Of a stretch of DNA of 11,241 bases, positions 7,376-11,241 are shown piece after piece. The translations under genes and the position numbers were made by a program. The stretch is from positions 335 through 11,575 of the forward strand of contig DAIDHG010000029.1 in NCBI GenBank assembly GCA_027452085.1, in the 5' to 3' direction. Every line of letters starts with the position of its first letter. Position 1 is the first letter of the stretch. Source of the stretch: a bacterium (lineage in GTDB: Bacteria; Babelota; Babeliae; Babelales; JABCYS01). The notes under the pieces are model-generated. The model saw only the letters and a program-made list of their open reading frames with translations, was not told where the DNA came from and did no database searches.

Positions 7376-7431
7376 CAGGCGCGCAAGGCGGTCAAATTGA
7401 TCATAAATGATGGCCGAAGGAGAGAAAAGAG

Positions 7432-8697
7432 ATGCAAGAAAAAAAATTAACGGTCGTACATATCATCACGAAATTGGATCTTGGCGGTGCACAAAAAGCT
7501 TGTCTATTACTGCTCAACGGCATTCGCAAACACGGTGACACAGCAATCCTTATATCAGGAGCTCAAGGCGAGCTGGTCGGCGCTGTTGAAGGTGATCAAC
7601 AAGTAATTTTATTAGATACCTTTAAACGCGAAGCGGGGCTTTGGCTACTATGGGCTGATTTAAAATCAGCAATCAAAATGATTCGCACATTGCGAGCGAT
7701 AAGAAAAAATGTTGAGGCTGCCGGAACCACGCTCGTGGTGCACACCCATTGCCCCAAAGCAGGTATCATGGGGCGCTGGGCTGCATTTTTTGCTGGTGTG
7801 AAAACGCGTGTGCATACTGTACATGGCCCGTCGTTGCATGAGCATCAATCATGGCTCGTTTGGCTGCCCATTTATGCATTAGAGTTGATCACCAGTTTAA
7901 TCACAACGCATTATGTTTGCGTTGCTTCATCAGACGTTGCCGCGGGGAAAAAATTATTTCCACGCTTTGGCAAAAAAAATTCAATCATACGTGCTGCCGT
8001 GGATTGGGATAGATTTGGCGACGCACACATCCTGAACGGTTCGCAAACCGAAAAGATGGTAAACAACCTCCCGACTGTTTCGCAAAGCGAAAAGATTAAA
8101 AACAACCCGCTCATCCCGAGTGTTTCACAAAGCGAAATGTATCGAGGGACCAATCAAGGGCCTCAGCCCTTTGTATTTGGCACCGTCGCCTGCTTTAAAC
8201 CACCAAAAAATTTATTTGATCTGATTAAGGCGTTTGCTTATGTGCATACACAACACCCGCATACCAGGCTCGAGATTGTTGGTGATGGTGCGTTGCGGCC
8301 ACAGATCGAGGCATGTATTGCCGAGCATAGAGTAACCGATGCGGTAACCTTGCATGGATGGCAGCACAATGTGATTCCCATTATGAAACGTTGGCATGCC
8401 TTTGCGTTCAGCTCATTGTGGGAAGGCTTGCCGTGCGCAGTTGTAGAAGCACGCTTGCTCAAACTACCGGTCGTCAGTTACACTACGGGTGGTGTGCCAG
8501 ATGTTATTCAACACGGTCGTAATGGTTTGTTGTATGCTCAAAAAGATTGGCGTGCATTGGCTGATGGCATGCTGCAATTGGTAACATCGCCCCAGCTGCG
8601 TGATCAGCTTGGCAATCATACGGATGATTTAAGCGATTTTAATCATGCAACCATGGTCAAACAACATATACAGTTATATAAAACCTTAGCGAAATAA
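7432..8697 (+). CDS. Glycosyltransferase family 4 (GT-B fold)
   Basis: HIITKLDLGGAQK, VHTHCPKAG, VHTVHG, IVGDGALR, SSLWEGLPCAVVEA (EX7E) and GGVPDVIQHGRNG; AAGGAG RBS at 7417-7422. Confidence 0.92.
   Translation: MQEKKLTVVHIITKLDLGGAQKACLLLLNGIRKHGDTAILISGAQGELVGAVEGDQQVILLDTFKREAGLWLLWADLKSAIKMIRTLRAIRKNVEAAGTTLVVHTHCPKAGIMGRWAAFFAGVKTRVHTVHGPSLHEHQSWLVWLPIYALELITSLITTHYVCVASSDVAAGKKLFPRFGKKNSIIRAAVDWDRFGDAHILNGSQTEKMVNNLPTVSQSEKIKNNPLIPSVSQSEMYRGTNQGPQPFVFGTVACFKPPKNLFDLIKAFAYVHTQHPHTRLEIVGDGALRPQIEACIAEHRVTDAVTLHGWQHNVIPIMKRWHAFAFSSLWEGLPCAVVEARLLKLPVVSYTTGGVPDVIQHGRNGLLYAQKDWRALADGMLQLVTSPQLRDQLGNHTDDLSDFNHATMVKQHIQLYKTLAK
8029..8150 (+). repeat. Three tandem, in-frame REP-derived units within the GT4 interdomain linker
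   Basis: R1 8029-8067 (ILNGSQTEKMVNN) and R2 8068-8106 (LPTVSQSEKIKNN) are 39 nt each; R3 8107-8150 encodes PLIPSVSQSEMYRG. R2 contains the perfect hairpin TTTCGC-AAA-GCGAAA; R3 is a complete element. Confidence 0.85.
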
Positions 8698-8699
8698 CG

Positions 8700-9269
8700 A
8701 TGCTTACTGTTTTTACCATTCTCACGGCAGTATCAATTTTTGTAGAATCACCAATGCCTACGAGCAACGTTGATTCAAATGTTGAGCTCCAAGAAAAATT
8801 CTCTATCAAAGATGATGGCAATGAAATAGGCTTTGTGAATTGGAATAGTTATTATTCTGATCCATCCGTGGCCGGTATTTATAGCCTCTATCTCAAACCA
8901 GAATTTCGCAACAAAGGCTATGGCAAACAACTGATGCACCATGCCATCGATGTGATTGCGAAGCGTGGCTATAGTTCAATTTTATTAATCCCTGGCGCCA
9001 TGGAAATGAGAGATGGAAAACTTACTGATTTATCAGGCCAAGAGCTTGAAGCGTTGCTGCCGCAACGACTTGCCTTCTATCGCAGTCTAGGCTTTGTAAC
9101 TGATCCGCATAGTGCAAAGCAGCTGGTGTATTACATTGGCAAAACAAAACAACCGCTACCTGCAACACCTTCAATACCATCAATGCCATGTTCAATCACG
9201 GTTGGTATTGTTACACTCATCGTGCTCGCCATTGTGGTGGCATGGTTTTGGAAACGAAAAAAAAGATAA
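8700..9269 (+). CDS. GNAT-family N-acetyltransferase with hydrophobic N-terminus and C-terminal TM anchor
   Basis: IYSLYLKPEFRNKGYGKQLM (acetyl-CoA motif A) and FYRSLGF (motif B); N-terminal MLTVFTILTAVSIFV; C-terminal Pro-rich linker, TM helix and KRKKR tail. Confidence 0.85.
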   Translation: MLTVFTILTAVSIFVESPMPTSNVDSNVELQEKFSIKDDGNEIGFVNWNSYYSDPSVAGIYSLYLKPEFRNKGYGKQLMHHAIDVIAKRGYSSILLIPGAMEMRDGKLTDLSGQELEALLPQRLAFYRSLGFVTDPHSAKQLVYYIGKTKQPLPATPSIPSMPCSITVGIVTLIVLAIVVAWFWKRKKR

Positions 9270-9316
9270 TTTTACGCGCCCAGTTGCTATACATTAAGGC
9301 AAACAAAGGATACAAC

Positions 9317-10282
9317 ATGCATATCGATACCGAAAAAAATAACGCTACCCAACAACGCCCATTACAAAATTTACCCGATCTCCTTGCGGCCATTGGCCAC
9401 ACACCGATGATCCGCGTTGATTTTGATGTGCCAGCAACCGTGCTGGCCAAGCTCGAATATTTAAGCCCGGGCGGCAGCCTGAAAGATCGCTCAGCTTTAT
9501 ACATGATCGAACACGCTGAACGCACTGGCCAACTACAACCAGGCGGCACGGTGATTGAAGCAAGCTCAGGCAACCAAGGCATTGCAGCTGCCATGATTGG
9601 TGCGGTAAAAGGATATCGCGTAATTGTTACAGCATCTGAAAAAGCGAGCAAAGAAAAAATTAATACGATTAAGGCCTATGGCGCAGAAGTAATTTTGTGC
9701 CCTCCAATGCCAGGCTTTACTGATCCAGGAAGTTACCATTCAGTTGCTATGGAAATTCATCGCAACACGCCAAACTCGATTATGCTCAATCAGTATTTTA
9801 ACCATACAAATAGCTTGGCTCATTATTACTCACTCGGGCCTGAAGTTTGGAAACAGACTGATGGCTTAATCACCCACTATATTGCAGCGGCCGGCAGCTG
9901 CGGGCATAGCAATGGCGCAGGACGATACCTCAAGGAAAAAAATCCAAACATCAAAGTGCTTCCGGTTGATAGCATCAACTCATGGCGCGCGCGCAATGGC
10001 GACCCCAAACCATACAAGCTCGAAGGCATTGGCGTGGATTTTGAAGCACCGTTATATGATCCAAACGTAACGAATGAATTTTTAAATGTGACCGATGAAG
10101 ATTCAATTGCAATGCTCAAAACAATGGCACGCAAACACGGCCTTCTTATCGGCCCAAGCAGCGGCGCCGTAGCTTATGCGGCCTACGAGTATGCCAAAAA
10201 CCTTACGCCTTCAGACGTGGTGGTTATGATTTTTGGCGATTCAGGTAGAGCCTATTTATCTAAGGATTTTTATAATGATTGA
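9317..10282 (+). CDS. PLP-dependent cysteine synthase / cystathionine beta-synthase family enzyme
   Basis: IGHTPM, AKLEYLSPGGSLKDR (PLP lysine), IEASSGNQG, NQYFN...AHYYSLGPE, LEGIG, GPSSGA and DSGRAYLSK. ATG 9317 has AAGGA at 9306-9310; the upstream start at 9188 overlaps the GNAT gene. Confidence 0.92.
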   Translation: MHIDTEKNNATQQRPLQNLPDLLAAIGHTPMIRVDFDVPATVLAKLEYLSPGGSLKDRSALYMIEHAERTGQLQPGGTVIEASSGNQGIAAAMIGAVKGYRVIVTASEKASKEKINTIKAYGAEVILCPPMPGFTDPGSYHSVAMEIHRNTPNSIMLNQYFNHTNSLAHYYSLGPEVWKQTDGLITHYIAAAGSCGHSNGAGRYLKEKNPNIKVLPVDSINSWRARNGDPKPYKLEGIGVDFEAPLYDPNVTNEFLNVTDEDSIAMLKTMARKHGLLIGPSSGAVAYAAYEYAKNLTPSDVVVMIFGDSGRAYLSKDFYND

Positions 10283-10555
10283 TACACATTATTAAGAGGG
10301 GCGAATCGTTAAACAGAAAACCAGTAAGTCCGTTAAACCAGAATTTTCGACTACCGAGAAAGCAAGCCGTTTGCCAAGTGGTTACAAAGGAAAATCAAAA
10401 CACACCCATTACTCAGGTGGATATAATCTTTGCAGAGGCTTAAAACCTCTCTGACTTCTTCTTCTTCTATCTTTTTTTCTTTGCTTCTTTTTGGGGAGCC
10501 GGTGCAATGGCGTCATAATATTATCGTGGCCAAAAGTTAAAAGTATCCCAGTGTA

Positions 10556-10942
10556 TTAAGGCATCAAAACTTTGACGTGGTTTATTTTTTTAAAATCAGC
10601 ATCAATCGTTAATATGGTAGCTTTTTCACGTTCGGCCAAGGCGACCACAAAAGCATCGCCAAGATTGATATGAAATTTTACTCGAATTTCGGCAGCGCGC
10701 TTTGCAAGCTCAAGGTCTGCAGGCACAAAATTAATATCTGCACTCATAAACTTCTTTTCAAATAGATGAAATTTATGGGGCACGTCCCGGTAGAATTTAA
10801 TTAATACTTCTGTGGCATTAACCGTGCACATGCTCAATTTGCCAGGATAGCTACTTAGTTGATCTGCCACCCAGCCAAGATGTCGCTCTTCAAACGCAAC
10901 GGCCAACATCGGAGATGCATCAAGAATGAGTTGCGAGCCCAT
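10556..10942 (-). CDS. vapC: PIN-domain VapC-family toxin
   Basis: 128 aa with the acidic PIN residues in LILDAS, VNATEV, LGDAFVVALA and ILTIDADF. Confidence 0.9.
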   Translation of the reverse strand: MGSQLILDASPMLAVAFEERHLGWVADQLSSYPGKLSMCTVNATEVLIKFYRDVPHKFHLFEKKFMSADINFVPADLELAKRAAEIRVKFHINLGDAFVVALAEREKATILTIDADFKKINHVKVLMP

Positions 10943-11154
10943 TAGTCGCCCCAGATAATGTCTTTGTCGGGTTTCTTTGTACGCTTCGGTCGCTTACCAT
11001 TAACAAGACCAATACCGATGAGCGCACGCCAACCATAAGGGCTTTTTGTATCTTTTTTGAGCTCTTCAATTTTTTTTTGAGTTAATTTGGAAGTAGCAGA
11101 TTTTTTTGTTGCTGTTTTCTTTTGAGTAACTCGTTTTTTTGTTACTGTTTTCAT
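10942..11154 (-). CDS. Putative antitoxin, small Lys-rich protein (70 aa)
   Basis: Its stop overlaps the vapC start (TAATG at 10940-10944), indicating translational coupling; ATG 11154 has AGGA ~8 nt upstream. No recognisable AbrB/RHH/Phd domain. Confidence 0.7.
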   Translation of the reverse strand: MKTVTKKRVTQKKTATKKSATSKLTQKKIEELKKDTKSPYGWRALIGIGLVNGKRPKRTKKPDKDIIWGD

Positions 11155-11241
11155 GATAACAATCCTAGGCAGTATCGACATTTAGATCAACCATAAATAT
11201 GAACAAGCCAGATAAATCAGTGCTTCAAAGTTGATCCGTAT

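Noticed and set aside
8029..8150. Tandem units as a CRISPR array
   Set aside because: The units are degenerate, abut without unique spacers and lie in frame within a gene; there are no cas genes in the window.
9155..9172. LPATP as an LPxTG sortase motif
   Set aside because: It lacks the Gly and no sortase is visible; treated only as part of a Pro-rich linker.
177..10134. Overlapping alternative-frame and antisense ORFs (e.g. 910-1344, 6163-6753, 6880-7437, 9217-9651)
   Set aside because: They lie largely within well-supported genes and show no recognisable motifs; most likely shadow ORFs.
10434..10470. AGAGG-CTTAAAA-CCTCT hairpin as an intrinsic terminator
   Set aside because: Only a 5 bp stem with no immediate U-run, about 150 nt from the cysteine synthase stop; too weak to call.
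719..11181. Longer ORF-track starts (719 rpsU, 3963 tsaC, 9188 cysteine synthase, 11181 antitoxin)
   Set aside because: Downstream ATGs have SD-like sequences and fit family lengths; the extensions overlap promoters or neighbouring genes, or lack an RBS.

Overview
An 11.2 kb bacterial window of mostly housekeeping genes. In order: a 5'-truncated hypothetical protein, rpsU, rbfA, prepilin peptidase, a type IV pilin, a ~500 nt intergenic region with structured and repeated DNA, tsaC/sua5 (- strand), a degenerate FolC-like ligase, atpB, an atpE built from four fused c-subunit hairpins, a GT4 glycosyltransferase, a membrane-anchored GNAT, a cysteine synthase/CBS-family enzyme, and a PIN (VapC) toxin with an atypical Lys-rich partner (- strand). 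The gene set and divergence suggest a reduced host-associated bacterium such as Candidatus Dependentiae/Babelota (TM6); this is inference from recollection, not verified. Most notable: (1) a short palindromic REP/RPE-like repeat family, consensus about CCGYTCRYCYYGAG-(N2-19, often a hairpin)-TATCRARGGA, found at four loci, including a nested intergenic cluster and in-frame insertions in two protein genes read in opposite orientations; (2) a 4x-fused F0 c subunit with ion-site residues E/Q/E/D; (3) a FolC-like protein lacking several catalytic motifs and carrying an AT-hook-like RGRP insert; (4) a ~170 nt rod-like hairpin that may be an ncRNA.
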